Source of the DNA: Candidatus Cloacimonadales bacterium
GTDB lineage: Bacteria; Cloacimonadota; Cloacimonadia; Cloacimonadales; JAFGVF01
NCBI GenBank assembly: GCA_963677495.2
Contig: CAXXOU010000001.1
Span: forward strand, 288,001 to 352,000
Direction: 5' to 3'
Length of the DNA stretch: 64,000 nucleotides
Made by a program: the position numbers and the translations under genes. This document shows, in pieces, positions 8,377 through 19,200 of the stretch. The notes under the pieces were generated by a model. That model saw only the letters and a program-made list of their open reading frames with translations. It searched no databases and had not been told where the DNA came from. How positions within the stretch are numbered: the first letter of the stretch is position 1; the number at the start of each line of letters is the position of its first letter.

Positions 8377-11300
8377 TTATCTCATTGTTCTCAAGGTTCT
8401 TTCCACATCTTGCCATTTTAATTTATTGCGAGTATTGTTTAAGCTTTGTAGATATTGTAATTGTCTTGAAGTGTAGTTCTTGACTACTGTTACTTCATAG
8501 AACATCTGAGGGCTAAACTCAGTAACTAACTGATGAGTGAACTCATTTGAAAAACAGAAGTTCAGGAAGAAGAAGTCTTGGTTATTCTCACTGTACTTAA
8601 CTAAATAGCCATCAGGAATCAATAACATACCATCAGTGTTTGAGTTAACTTCATCCCAAGTTAATTCCGCATCCATATTATTTATCTCCACTTGCATATT
8701 ACTAACCGGAGTAGGAGTAGAACCATATGGAGTACTGTCTTCCCAAGCAAGGAATGGATATCCTGTTCCATAGCAGTTCATTCTCCAAATATCGTCAGTT
8801 CCATTGTCTGATTCACCTTCGAAATCCCAGCCTGCGTTAAGATAGGTATCAATTGTTTGCATCCAAATTGTAGATCTACCTTGGCCAAAGGCAGTAGAGC
8901 TAACCTGCATAACATCAATATTCCAAAATGAATTGAGAACTTGAGTATTGTTCCCATCACTTAAATCTTCTTCACCAACCAAAGCACCGGAGCCTGTTAC
9001 ACCACTAGTTAAAGCTGAGGAGTAACTATTTTCAATGTAAGCCCCATTACTTTTTCCGATTAATCCTCCAGCAATAACACTATTGCTAACCTGGTTCTGG
9101 TTATAGCAGTTGAATAGAGTATCAGTAGTAGAGTATGCGATTAATCCACCTGCAGTGCTATTCGCTCCTGAAGCTGAAATGTCTCCCTTGTTTAAACAAT
9201 TGTTATATATACTACTTTCTGAAGAATGAGACAATCCTGCAGCACCTACCATTCCCATAATTGTCCCATAATTTGAGCAATTATTTAAGAGCGAGTTACT
9301 AACATAACGCACTATTCCTGCAGATCGAGACAATATTGCCCAATCATGATCTGCATTAATATGTATATTCCCTGAAAATGAACAATTTATAATCTCTGTG
9401 AACATGCAAGAAGACATTATCCCTGCAAGATTAGAAGCTCCGAAAATTGACACGCTACTTCGACAATCAATAACATTTGAATACATAGATACATTTATCA
9501 ACCCTGAGCATGAAGCAACATTAGTCATTACTCCGGAAGTGTAGCAATTACTTATAGTACTATTAGATGAGATCCCTATCAAACTGCCAAAATTCACACT
9601 ATCAGCAATATAAATGTTACTTAATCCAAGATTTTTGATCTCCGCATAATAAATATACCCGAATAATCCCCTTGATTCTGCCATACTTCCATTAGGTAAA
9701 TTGTACATATGAAGATTGTTAATGACATAGTTGTCACCATCATAAACTCCACTGAAACTGCTGTTATCTCGTCCAATTCTTGATAATTGATTAAACTCCG
9801 ATTGAGATGCATCGATATCTGCTGTTTGCAGGTATTCGCAGTCCCAGAAGTCCGCATGAGTACTAATCCACTTCAAAACATCATAGTTTGATACGAGATA
9901 TGGACTACCGGATGTTCCCATTCCACTTGGTGTTGTTGTGAACTGCCTTTGCTGGCCATAAGCTGTACCGTTGGAGTTGGTAGCATATGCTTTGTAATAG
10001 AAATCTGTCACCATTGGCAAACTGCTAATTGAAGAAATGAAGCTATCAGTACCAGTACCTTCGAAGGTAAAATTGTCATCAATTGTAGGATTTTCCTCAG
10101 TACTCCAACAAATACCCTTGGCTACTATTTCCGTTCCACCCCAATCTGTTATCTCCCCTCCCAACTCAGCTTCATGGGTTCCGAAACTAACGGGTTCATT
10201 TGATATAACTACGGGCAATTGCAAATCAACTGTTGTAAAAGACAGCTCATCACCATAGGAAGTACCTAAAGAGTTGGTTGCATAAGCTTTGTAATAGTAC
10301 GTAGTGTTGTGTGAGAGATCTGAAAGTATAGAAGTGAAAGAACCTGCTCCAGTACCGTCTGTAGTATGACTATCTGCGATAGTAGGATTGGGTACAGTAC
10401 TCCAGCAAACTCCATAAGCTGTAACTTCTGTTCCACCGTAATCAAGAATATCTCCACCTGTCTCTGCTCCATAATAATCAATATTAGAAACAACTGTTGT
10501 GGTTAGCGTTGCAAGCTCTAAATCTCGTGTTGTAAAGGAGAATTCCTCTCCAAAGCAAGTTCTGAGAGAGTTTGTAGCGTATGCTCGATAGTAGTATGTA
10601 GTGTTATAATTTAAATTAGAAAGGGTTGAAGCAAAAACACCACTCCCACTTCCATCAACTGTGAAGTCATCATCAAGAGTTGGATTAGGTGAACTGCTCC
10701 AGCATACACCGTAAGCTGAAACACTTGACACTCCTTCATCTAAAATCTCACCACCAGAAACAGCTCCATAGTAATCAATATCAATTACGGGTGCAGTTGT
10801 AAGTTCCATATAAATGATAGTTGCACCAGATGCAACCCAATCTTCATCGCTCATATTCCCTAATGTTCCATGATTAGATCCAACAGCATCAGAAGCTGTA
10901 TTCCCTGAACTTTCGTTGAATTGCCAATAACTCACCAAACCAAGTTCATCACCTTCTAAGGTAGTATTCATATAATCTGAAATCTCTTGCTCGGTTCTTA
11001 CAGTGTTCCACCAGCGAACTTCATCCATTTTACCTTCAAAAGCACGATTTAGCTGATTAGTGTTTTTATTACCTAAGTACAAATTGACAGTCGACGAAGA
11101 TAATCCACCGGGATATGTTGCGGAGGATACGAGGTTACCGTTTAAATAAACCTTGAAATCTGTGCCATCATAAGTCAAAGCAACATGTGTCCATGTATCA
11201 TAAGACAGTTCCGTACTGGGAAAGGCAAAGTCTTCATAGTTACCGTTAACTAATCCTGAAAAACACAATCTTGATGTTTGTGTGCTGATATAGAAAGCTA

Positions 11301-11520
11301 AGTCGTTCCTTCTATCAAATAAGCGAGGATAGCTCTCCCCATAATAATAATAAACCCATGTTTCAAAAGTAAAAGCATTTGATACATTCAAGCTCGAATC
11401 ATTACCGCAGTTGACATAATCATTTGCGCCATCAAAGTCAAGGCAGTTACCCGCAAAGTTATCAATGGCTGATAAAGTAAAGATTGAGATTAAAAGTAAA
11501 AATAGACACAATTGTTTCAT
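8377..11520 (-). CDS. Secreted protein: LamG-like domain + three FN3-like repeats + GLUG-type beta-helix region + C-terminal FN3-like tail
   Basis: Start ATG 11520 (MKQLCLFLLL, RBS ggaggg). LamG motifs WTHVALTYDG and FEGKMDEVRWW; three YGVCWS...AYATNS repeats; QTADIDAS/FSGVYDG GLUG-like region. Confidence 0.8.
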   Translation of the reverse strand: MKQLCLFLLLISIFTLSAIDNFAGNCLDFDGANDYVNCGNDSSLNVSNAFTFETWVYYYYGESYPRLFDRRNDLAFYISTQTSRLCFSGLVNGNYEDFAFPSTELSYDTWTHVALTYDGTDFKVYLNGNLVSSATYPGGLSSSTVNLYLGNKNTNQLNRAFEGKMDEVRWWNTVRTEQEISDYMNTTLEGDELGLVSYWQFNESSGNTASDAVGSNHGTLGNMSDEDWVASGATIIYMELTTAPVIDIDYYGAVSGGEILDEGVSSVSAYGVCWSSSPNPTLDDDFTVDGSGSGVFASTLSNLNYNTTYYYRAYATNSLRTCFGEEFSFTTRDLELATLTTTVVSNIDYYGAETGGDILDYGGTEVTAYGVCWSTVPNPTIADSHTTDGTGAGSFTSILSDLSHNTTYYYKAYATNSLGTSYGDELSFTTVDLQLPVVISNEPVSFGTHEAELGGEITDWGGTEIVAKGICWSTEENPTIDDNFTFEGTGTDSFISSISSLPMVTDFYYKAYATNSNGTAYGQQRQFTTTPSGMGTSGSPYLVSNYDVLKWISTHADFWDCEYLQTADIDASQSEFNQLSRIGRDNSSFSGVYDGDNYVINNLHMYNLPNGSMAESRGLFGYIYYAEIKNLGLSNIYIADSVNFGSLIGISSNSTISNCYTSGVMTNVASCSGLINVSMYSNVIDCRSSVSIFGASNLAGIMSSCMFTEIINCSFSGNIHINADHDWAILSRSAGIVRYVSNSLLNNCSNYGTIMGMVGAAGLSHSSESSIYNNCLNKGDISASGANSTAGGLIAYSTTDTLFNCYNQNQVSNSVIAGGLIGKSNGAYIENSYSSALTSGVTGSGALVGEEDLSDGNNTQVLNSFWNIDVMQVSSTAFGQGRSTIWMQTIDTYLNAGWDFEGESDNGTDDIWRMNCYGTGYPFLAWEDSTPYGSTPTPVSNMQVEINNMDAELTWDEVNSNTDGMLLIPDGYLVKYSENNQDFFFLNFCFSNEFTHQLVTEFSPQMFYEVTVVKNYTSRQLQYLQSLNNTRNKLKWQDVERTLRTMR

Positions 11521-11799
11521 TTCCCCTCCATAAATTAATGATTTTTCTCTTTTGCCATGATAAATAGAAATCATTTGCTTTGGTTGTCAAGAAAAATATC
11601 TATTGCTAACTAACCTTCTTACAATAATATAGAAACAATCAGCTTATAGTGCATCATTGCATTGATTTCAATATCAAAAAGACATAGCATATTGGGAGCA
11701 CATTGTAAATATTGATTTAGTGATTGAAGTCTATAACTTCTTGACATCCATAAAGCCCTGACTTAAATTCAATCTGAAGGTATTAGTAAGGAGCAAGAT

Positions 11800-13623
11800 A
11801 TGGACCAAGCAAGCCTAAGCAGTTTTTCTATAAGATTCAAGCGATTTATTGCATTTGTGATAGATAGTTTACTATGGATTTTTATGTTTATCGTTTTATC
11901 ACCTATGTTACTAAGTAGAACCATACCCGGTTCGCAACTGTATCTTTATGTTCTAATTGTTGGCTTTTTAGTCCCGTTCCTCTATAGCACTCTTTTTAAT
12001 TTACTTTTCGGTGCAACAGTCGGGAAACTATGTTTGGGATTAAGAGTTATTTCTATCGGAGATTCTAAGAAACCAACAATCGCAATTGCAGCTTACAGAG
12101 CTATCCTCTCTATTGTTTCAACTTTTTCATTCGGGTTAGCTTTTATTTGGATTTTGATTGATAGCAGAAGTCAGGGGTTTACAGACAAGTTAGCCAAAAC
12201 CGTTGTACTTTCAAAGAAGGATATAGATAAAGCCATTCCTGAGCCATCTGATGTTGACAGAACCAAGTGGAACTTTGGTCGCATTATCCTTGCACTTTCA
12301 GCTACCTTCTTAGTTGTGCTAATATCTTTAATATTCTATAAGCCTACCTTGAACGAAGATGCAGTTACTGCCTTAATAGATTATTCATTAGAAGAGGATC
12401 CTGAACAGAATGGCTATTATGCTGTTTCTGCTTTCGGTATAGCTGAAAGTTTAGACCCTCATACTGCTGGATTGAAAAGAACAATTGAGACTAACTCTAA
12501 GATAATTTCAATACTTGAGGGAGATATAGATTATATTCAAGAACAGATGCTTTCCGGTAAACTTAATGCGGAAAGAGATTCTTTAGACTATAGATTCAAT
12601 GAATTAGTGCCTGATGATGGTGAGTCATACACAGATTTAGCATTAGAGAAATCAAATCTAATCAATGAGCTGATAAGTAAGTATGACTATCTACTCCCGC
12701 GTTATAAAAGTTTGGCTGATTATAAAGTGATTGAGAACAAAATACTCCCTGATATGCTTACACCGGTACCAATTTTAATGAATATTGTTAACTACCACAG
12801 ATTATTTTGTTATAACTTAACGCTTGAATATATACACGGTGATAAAGCAACAGCAGTTGAAAGCCTAAAGCTCAGTGAAGCTGTTTGCGTTAATCTCTTA
12901 GAGAAAGCAGATTATCTCATGCTCAAGCTTGCAGCTATGGTAATGATGGGGATTCACCAATCAGCATTAAACGACATTATGATTTATGAGGATCGGCTTA
13001 ATCCTGAGTTATACGAATATATCATCGGAATTGAGGATCTATCAACAGAAGCCATGAGCTTAAGAAAACCCCTGTATCAAGAGTATAATTATTCAGTAGC
13101 TTATGCTTTAAGAATGATAAACTCTGGGGAAGTCTTAAAAGATTGTCGCATAACAAAAGAGGAGATATTAGCAGCAAATCCTCCCCTGTTGAAAGGGAAC
13201 AGTTTTGTAAATAATGCTTATCAAAATGTTGCCTATATTGCTGATTTCTCAGAACTGACAACTTCTGAGATGAATGAACGATTTAATGTTTTAAAGCGAC
13301 CCTCAACTCCGTTCCTTGAATATCTTCATAACCCTATAGGTGTTATCATTGAGAAGGTTACCATAGCTCCTGTTTACACAGAATATGCACTTCAACTCCG
13401 AGACTTGCATGTTAGAAATCAACTTCTTAAAATGGGTGCTGTCATTAAATCAACCAGCACTCCTGAGGATAAAGTTGTCGAAGTGATAAAAGCTAACTCA
13501 GATAAGTATAATAACCCCTACAATGGCAAACCATTCTTCTGGTTTAAAGATTCCAAGGCAATTAAGTGCATTGGTCCGGATATGTTTAAGCACGATGGTC
13601 TTAAGGTGAAGTTGTTTAGGTAG
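11800..13623 (+). CDS. RDD-domain membrane protein with a large extracytoplasmic C-terminal region
   Basis: KRFIAFVIDS, GATVGKLCLGLRVI and QGFTDKLAKTVV RDD motifs, then a further TM helix. Confidence 0.8.
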   Translation: MDQASLSSFSIRFKRFIAFVIDSLLWIFMFIVLSPMLLSRTIPGSQLYLYVLIVGFLVPFLYSTLFNLLFGATVGKLCLGLRVISIGDSKKPTIAIAAYRAILSIVSTFSFGLAFIWILIDSRSQGFTDKLAKTVVLSKKDIDKAIPEPSDVDRTKWNFGRIILALSATFLVVLISLIFYKPTLNEDAVTALIDYSLEEDPEQNGYYAVSAFGIAESLDPHTAGLKRTIETNSKIISILEGDIDYIQEQMLSGKLNAERDSLDYRFNELVPDDGESYTDLALEKSNLINELISKYDYLLPRYKSLADYKVIENKILPDMLTPVPILMNIVNYHRLFCYNLTLEYIHGDKATAVESLKLSEAVCVNLLEKADYLMLKLAAMVMMGIHQSALNDIMIYEDRLNPELYEYIIGIEDLSTEAMSLRKPLYQEYNYSVAYALRMINSGEVLKDCRITKEEILAANPPLLKGNSFVNNAYQNVAYIADFSELTTSEMNERFNVLKRPSTPFLEYLHNPIGVIIEKVTIAPVYTEYALQLRDLHVRNQLLKMGAVIKSTSTPEDKVVEVIKANSDKYNNPYNGKPFFWFKDSKAIKCIGPDMFKHDGLKVKLFR

Positions 13624-13631
13624 AATCAAGC

Positions 13632-13658
13632 AAAGGCAGAGCTTATCACTCTGCCTTT
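13632..13658. terminator. Bidirectional terminator between the convergent RDD and peroxiredoxin genes
   Basis: aaaggcagag-cttatca-ctctgccttt. Confidence 0.8.
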
Positions 13659-13673
13659 CAATATATCTTACGA

Positions 13674-14390
13674 CTATTCGTCGAATGCTTTATCAGTTGT
13701 CCACTCTTTCCAGACATTACCTACAAGGTCTGGTCCAGGTTTAAGAGTTGGTTTTCCCGGTTTCCAGCCTGATGGAGTGGCTTCTCCACCCTTTGATTCT
13801 CTTACGAGCTGGAATGCTTTGATTTGACGAAGAGATTCACCCACATTACGGCCTACCGGTGGGGTAAGCACTTCAAATCCTTGGATATTACCGTCCGGGT
13901 CAATAATGAAGCGTCCACGGGTTTCGATTCCTGCTTCATCATCATAGATACCATACATAGTACCGATTCTTCCGCCGCCGTCTGAGAGCATTGGATAAGG
14001 GATTCCGCCTTTGACCATTTTTGAAAGCTCATGGTCATTCCACATTTTGTGTACAAACATACTGTCAACGCTCATTGAGAGTACTTCAACTCCCAGATCC
14101 TGAAACTCAGGATACTTCTCAGCAACTGCTGAGACTTCTGTTGCTCAAACAAATGTGAAATCACCGGGATAGAAACAAAGTACTACCCATTTACCTAAAA
14201 AATCGGATAGCGTTACATTAGTAAAGCCACCTTTGTGATACGCCGGAGCTGTAAAATCCGGAGCTTTTTGTCCAACTCTGATCATCTTGACCTCCTGTTT
14301 AGCTGGTTCATTAATTGCAATTTCGACTTCCTGTTCCACAGGAATCTCGCTCTTAGGTCTGCTACAACCGGCTTTTAGTTCTTCTGCCAT
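13674..14390 (-). CDS. prxU: Selenocysteine-containing peroxiredoxin (AhpC/TSA family), 238 aa with in-frame UGA at 14145-14147
   Basis: ORFs 14145..14390 and 13674..14075 share a frame. Read-through gives [38 protein letters not shown], with UGA at the peroxidatic Cys position and a hairpin directly downstream. Confidence 0.92.
14117..14134 (-). promoter_or_regulatory. Bacterial SECIS-like hairpin
   Basis: mRNA reads UGA-GCAACAGAAG-UCUCAGC-AGUU-GCUGAGA; the apical loop starts 17 nt after UGA and has G at position 2. Confidence 0.8.
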
Positions 14391-14506
14391 AATAGCCTCC
14401 TTTTATTGAATCAATGATCACTTTTGAAAACAGATATGTCAAATTAAAATATATGAAATTTGTACACCGATCACCCTTGATCGGTTAGTCTCTTTCATCT
14501 TCTTCG

Positions 14507-14655
14507 GTTTCATTGCTCTCTTACATAACGCGGAAATCTTTCGCGACTTATTCGGGATTATCATGGGAATTCCACGGGCAAAGCCCCGAGAGATTCCCGT
14601 GTAAGTCCCGGGAGATTCCCGCGTGAGTCCCAAGTATTATTAGGCAGTAATAAGT
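14507..14655 (+). repeat. 11-nt-periodic rod inverted repeat, subtype A
   Basis: Apex cacgggc-aaa-gccccgag; 3' arm has five (t)cccg/ccca units at 11-nt spacing; decayed TIR tttcattgctct...gtattattaggcagtaataag. Confidence 0.85.
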
Positions 14656-14840
14656 CTAAAATGATAGTAGGATATGTTAAAAGAGTGTATTTTTAGGTGT
14701 GAACATAAAAAATAGCAACTGATAAAGAGATTGATGATTTTATAGTTTCTCTGATCTTACACTTACTATAATTGTACATAATTCTTGACTACTCAAAGCA
14801 TTGCAGCGAATTGATTTGCTAACACAAAAACGGAGTTTAT

Positions 14841-15317
14841 ATGTATTTTTTAGTACTAATATTGTTGCTTGTTTCTTTCTTTGTGAACAAAAACAAAACT
14901 AAGAAAGCTCTCTTGAAAGCTTGGAAGTCTTTAGAGAATATACTTCCAAAATTCATAGGTGTAATCTGTCTAGTTGGCATTATGTTAGCAATTTTAGATC
15001 AGAAAATGATTTCAAGTTTAATTGGTGCTGAATCAGGTTTTTGGGGTATTCTAGTATCAAGTTTTATTGGTTCGATAACTCTAATTCCCGGATTTGTTGC
15101 TTTTCCAACAGCAAAAGCCTTGCTGGACAATGGGGCAGGTTATGTGCAAATTGGTGCATTCATCTCCTCTTTGATGATGGTTGGCATCATGACAATCCCT
15201 GTAGAGATTGAGTATTTTGGCAAGAAGGTAACACTTCTTAGGAATCTGCTTGCTTTTATCATGTCATTTGGAGTTGCTTTCACAATCGGTTTTGTAATGG
15301 AGGGAAAATGGTTTTAA
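14841..15317 (+). CDS. Predicted permease, subunit 1 (DUF318/ArsP-like)
   Basis: Hydrophobic; GSITLIPGFVAFP and E..YFGKKVTLLRN motifs. Confidence 0.8.
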   Translation: MYFLVLILLLVSFFVNKNKTKKALLKAWKSLENILPKFIGVICLVGIMLAILDQKMISSLIGAESGFWGILVSSFIGSITLIPGFVAFPTAKALLDNGAGYVQIGAFISSLMMVGIMTIPVEIEYFGKKVTLLRNLLAFIMSFGVAFTIGFVMEGKWF

Positions 15318-15835
15318 AGAAATATCTGTTCCCGATAATTACAATCGTTGTCTTAGCTGTATTATACTTTGTTAATCAGGAGATTGGTAGAAGAGCATTA
15401 ACAATAACAACTAGTTCCATACTACAAATGGCAAGCATTATCCCGCCTGTATTCATTCTTCTAGGACTACTTGATGTCTGGGTTCCAAAAGAGGTAATGA
15501 TTAAGCTTATGGGAAATGAATCAGGAGTAAGAGGTGTGTTACTGGCTTTCACTCTTGGTTCTGCAGCAGCTGGACCTTTATACGGTGCTTTCCCAATAGC
15601 CGCACTTCTAATGCGTAAGGGAGCAAAATTTAGCAACGTACTAATCTTCATTGGTGCCTGGTCAACTACTAAGATTCCTATGTTCCTTTTCGAGCTTACT
15701 AATCTTGGAGCTAAATTTGCTGTTACAAGATTGATTGTAGATGTGATTGGGATAGTAATAATTGCACAGATTATAAGTAAGTCTTTGACTAAAAAGCATA
15801 TTGATGAGATATATAAGAAATCAGAAACTTTGTAG
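15308..15835 (+). CDS. Predicted permease, subunit 2 (DUF318/ArsP-like)
   Basis: LGLLDVWVP, AAGPLYGAFP and FIGAWSTTKIPM motifs; overlaps the previous gene. Confidence 0.8.
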   Translation: MVLKKYLFPIITIVVLAVLYFVNQEIGRRALTITTSSILQMASIIPPVFILLGLLDVWVPKEVMIKLMGNESGVRGVLLAFTLGSAAAGPLYGAFPIAALLMRKGAKFSNVLIFIGAWSTTKIPMFLFELTNLGAKFAVTRLIVDVIGIVIIAQIISKSLTKKHIDEIYKKSETL

Positions 15836-15853
15836 CATCTATAAGGAGAGCTC

Positions 15854-16282
15854 ATGAATTTAACTAACGAGATAATTGCATTTTTCAAAGATATCCAAAC
15901 AGTAAGCTTTGCTACTTCAGTAGATAACATACCACACGTAAGACCAATGACCATGATCTGGTTTGAGAACAGAATCCTCTTTGTAACAGGGGATAAAGCA
16001 GATAAAACAACTCAGCTTCTACAAAATCCAAAATTAGAAACCTGTCTTAGTCTTCAGAAAGATGAATATAGAGGCTATATCCGCCTAAACGGTCCAGTAC
16101 AGTTTGTTAAAGATAAAGATTTAAAGCATAGAGTATTCAACAGCATTGATTTTATCAAGGTTTACTTCGAATCACCAGACTCAGAATCTTTTATTCTTAT
16201 GGAGCTATTACCAAAACACTGCGAGTTGTTAAAACCCGGTGAAATGGATGGAGTTAAAGGTAAATGGGAACTATCCCTTTAG
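15854..16282 (+). CDS. Pyridoxamine 5'-phosphate oxidase-like FMN-binding protein
   Basis: FATSVDNIPHVRPM...K..QL..NPK split-barrel signature. Confidence 0.8.
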   Translation: MNLTNEIIAFFKDIQTVSFATSVDNIPHVRPMTMIWFENRILFVTGDKADKTTQLLQNPKLETCLSLQKDEYRGYIRLNGPVQFVKDKDLKHRVFNSIDFIKVYFESPDSESFILMELLPKHCELLKPGEMDGVKGKWELSL

Positions 16283-19200
16283 CACTTCATTCATCTTATC
16301 TGCTACAACCTTTACTGCCGGCTCTTTCAAGATAGTATCATGAGTTGAGTCCACAAGTGTAATATCCAGCTTCTTGGTTATAGATGGCCAACCCAGAGTT
16401 GTATCATGAACTAAAGGCACATCCTGATGTATTGCAGAAAATAGAGTAATCTCACCTTTATACGGACGCATACGATATTTCACAATAGCATCAATATTTT
16501 TTAATCTCACTGCAGTACGATTAGCAAATAGTCCCTGATCTAAGAATTGGATATGATTACATACAAGCTTCTCGTACTCTTTCCTAGAAGTAAGTTTTGC
16601 TTTAACATAACGAATCATACCACCCGGGAACATCTTAACTAAGCAGCGAAGATTATACATGAAGAATTTAAATCCTATCAAACCTCTCGGTTTTTTAACC
16701 CAAGACTCAATCATAAAGAGGTTTGGGATAGTATATCCTTCTGCTTCAAGTAATCTTGCAATCTCATAAGCTACATTTCCACCGAAACACCAACCTCCAA
16801 GATAGAGAGTTTTTTCAGGACAGTGTTTCTTAATCAGTTCAACATAGTATTGGGCCATCTCTTCAACTGAAGTATGTGCTTTTGACTCATCGAAAAGTCC
16901 TAGAGCCTGTAATCCATAAATTGGCTGCTTTCTATCGAGATATCTAATGAGATTCACATACCCAAGCAGGTCTCCCGGAAGTGAATGTAACAGATAAATT
17001 GGGATTCTATCCTTTGATCCACGTTGTAGTTCTATCATTGAGAAACTACCAAATGTATTTCCTTTAGCTTCTTTTAAACTAACCTTTGTCGATAAATCTT
17101 CAATATCCTTATGATGGAACAAATCATTAATACTAATAAGCAAACCGGCTTTACCTATTTGGTTAATCACTTTCATACTCAGTATTGAGTTACCACCAAT
17201 TTCAAAGAAATTCTCATTAATACCAACTGAATCTATTCCCAAGACATCAGCAATAATGTTGCAGATTAGCTCTTGGTCTGGTGTATATGGCAATCTCTTT
17301 TCACTACTCTCAACAGCTTTAAAATCAGGTAATGGAAATCCTTTTCTATTGATCTTGCCTGTAGAAGTAATTGGAAAATCCTTCATATGCACAAAATAGT
17401 GTGGTATCATATATTGAGGAAGAAGATCCCCTAGTTCTTTATTCAATTGTGATGAACTTAAGCTTTTTCCAGACTCAGTAATGTAATATGCAACTAGTTT
17501 CATATCACCCGGATCATCAGATATTGGAAGTACTACTGAATCTCGGACGGATGCAAGTTTCCGCATATTAGCTTCTACCTCTTCAGGCTCAATCCTATGC
17601 CCTCGAATCTTTACCTGAAAGTCTTTTCGTCCGATAAACTCCAAAGATCCATCAGCCGTGAAGCGTACAATATCACCTGTTCTGTAGATACGATCCCTAG
17701 TATTATCAGGGAACTTGTGCTCCACGAAGACTTGCTTAGTTAGCTCTTCCTGACCGATATAACCATGAGCAACTTGTGCACCTCCAATAAACAGTTCTCC
17801 AGGTATTCCAGGAGGTAAAGGTTGCATGTTGTTATCCAAGACATAAACTTTCACATTAGGTAGAGGTTTACCAATAAGGAAATCACTTCCCAGATTAGAA
17901 GCAGCTTCTTGCCACGTAGCAATAATAGTAGTTTCAGTTGGGCCATAAGTGTTCAGAAGCATAACATCACTTTTCACATTCTTAGCCCATGTGTGATAGA
18001 TCTCTTTCGCAGCTTTTTCTCCACCGATAATAACAACTCTTACAGACTCTGGTAATGGAGCTTTTTCAAGTTCATGTACCATCTCATGCCAATATGCTGT
18101 AGGAAGATCAAGTATAGAGATTTCTTCCTCCTCAATGAATTGCATCGCATCAGTAAAAGAACTCACCATCTTCTCAGTTCTCAGCACAAGAGTTGCTCCG
18201 CAAAGAAGAGTTGGAAAGATTTCTTCAACTGAAAGATCAAAACTCAGGTTACCAAATTGGAGCATATTGTCTTTTTCTGTCATTCCGAGTTTTTCAATTA
18301 TTGAGTAGTTATGATTAATCAAGTTCTTATGTGATACACTAATACCTTTAGGAGTACCTGTAGAACCGGACGTAAAAATAACATAAGCGGGATCATTGGG
18401 ATGAAGTGGACGTGTTTTAAACTGAACCATTGCAGTTGGCTCTGTAGGATTGTTTTCATCATACTTTATTATCTTTCCATCATAAACTGATAGTAACGCC
18501 ATATACTTCTCTGCAGAAACAACTGTTTTCACATTAGCTAACTTCAACATGCTTTTTAGTCTGTCCTGAGGGAAGGTTGGATTTATAGGCAAATATGCAC
18601 AACCTGAGCTAATTACAGACATAATAGAAATAATTGTTTCCGGAGTTCTGTCTAAGCATATTCCGACAATATCACCTGTCTGTACACCTGTCTGCAGTAG
18701 TTTTAACTTAAAGCTGTTAACATGAATCTCCAAGTCTCTATAAGTATAACTTTCATCCTTAAATTTTAAAGCTATATTATAAGGATATTTCTTATAGGAT
18801 TCGTTGAGAAGTTCAACATAAGTACTCTTAAGTGGGTAATCTCGTTCAGTGCCTTGCCATTCTCTAAAAAGATTATATGACTCGGATCCGGTAATAATGC
18901 TAATATCCTTCACTCTTATCTCTGGGTCATCAAAAACTGCATCCATTATATTCTGAAAATGATGGCTCATTCTTTCAATAAGTGATTCATCGTATAAGCT
19001 GGTATCATATTCAAACCAGCATTCCATCTCATTCTGAAACTCTTCTGCATTAAAGACTAAATCCATCTTAGCAGTATTGTTTCCAATTTCCTTTAGTTTG
19101 AAAGATGTTTTATTCTTAGGAATCTCCGGCAGAGGATAGTTCTGATAAACCATCATAACTTGAAACAATGGATGTTTACTGCTTTGAGATTTGTAACCCA

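Noticed and set aside
9930..10805. Three ~300-bp internal repeats as a possible DGR or mobile repeat
   Set aside because: They are in-frame FN3-like domain repeats with general divergence; no reverse transcriptase gene or adenine-specific pattern was noticed.
14439..14633. Short ORFs over the rod repeats (14439..14633, 50421..50627, 50495..50797) with similar PRES/GIS peptides
   Set aside because: They are translations of the 11-nt repeat element; a period of 11 is not codon-compatible and there is no RBS or protein-like composition.
15376..15954. 192-aa antisense ORF and the many other short ORFs nested in long genes
   Set aside because: Shadow frames of well-supported genes on the opposite strand or in another frame.
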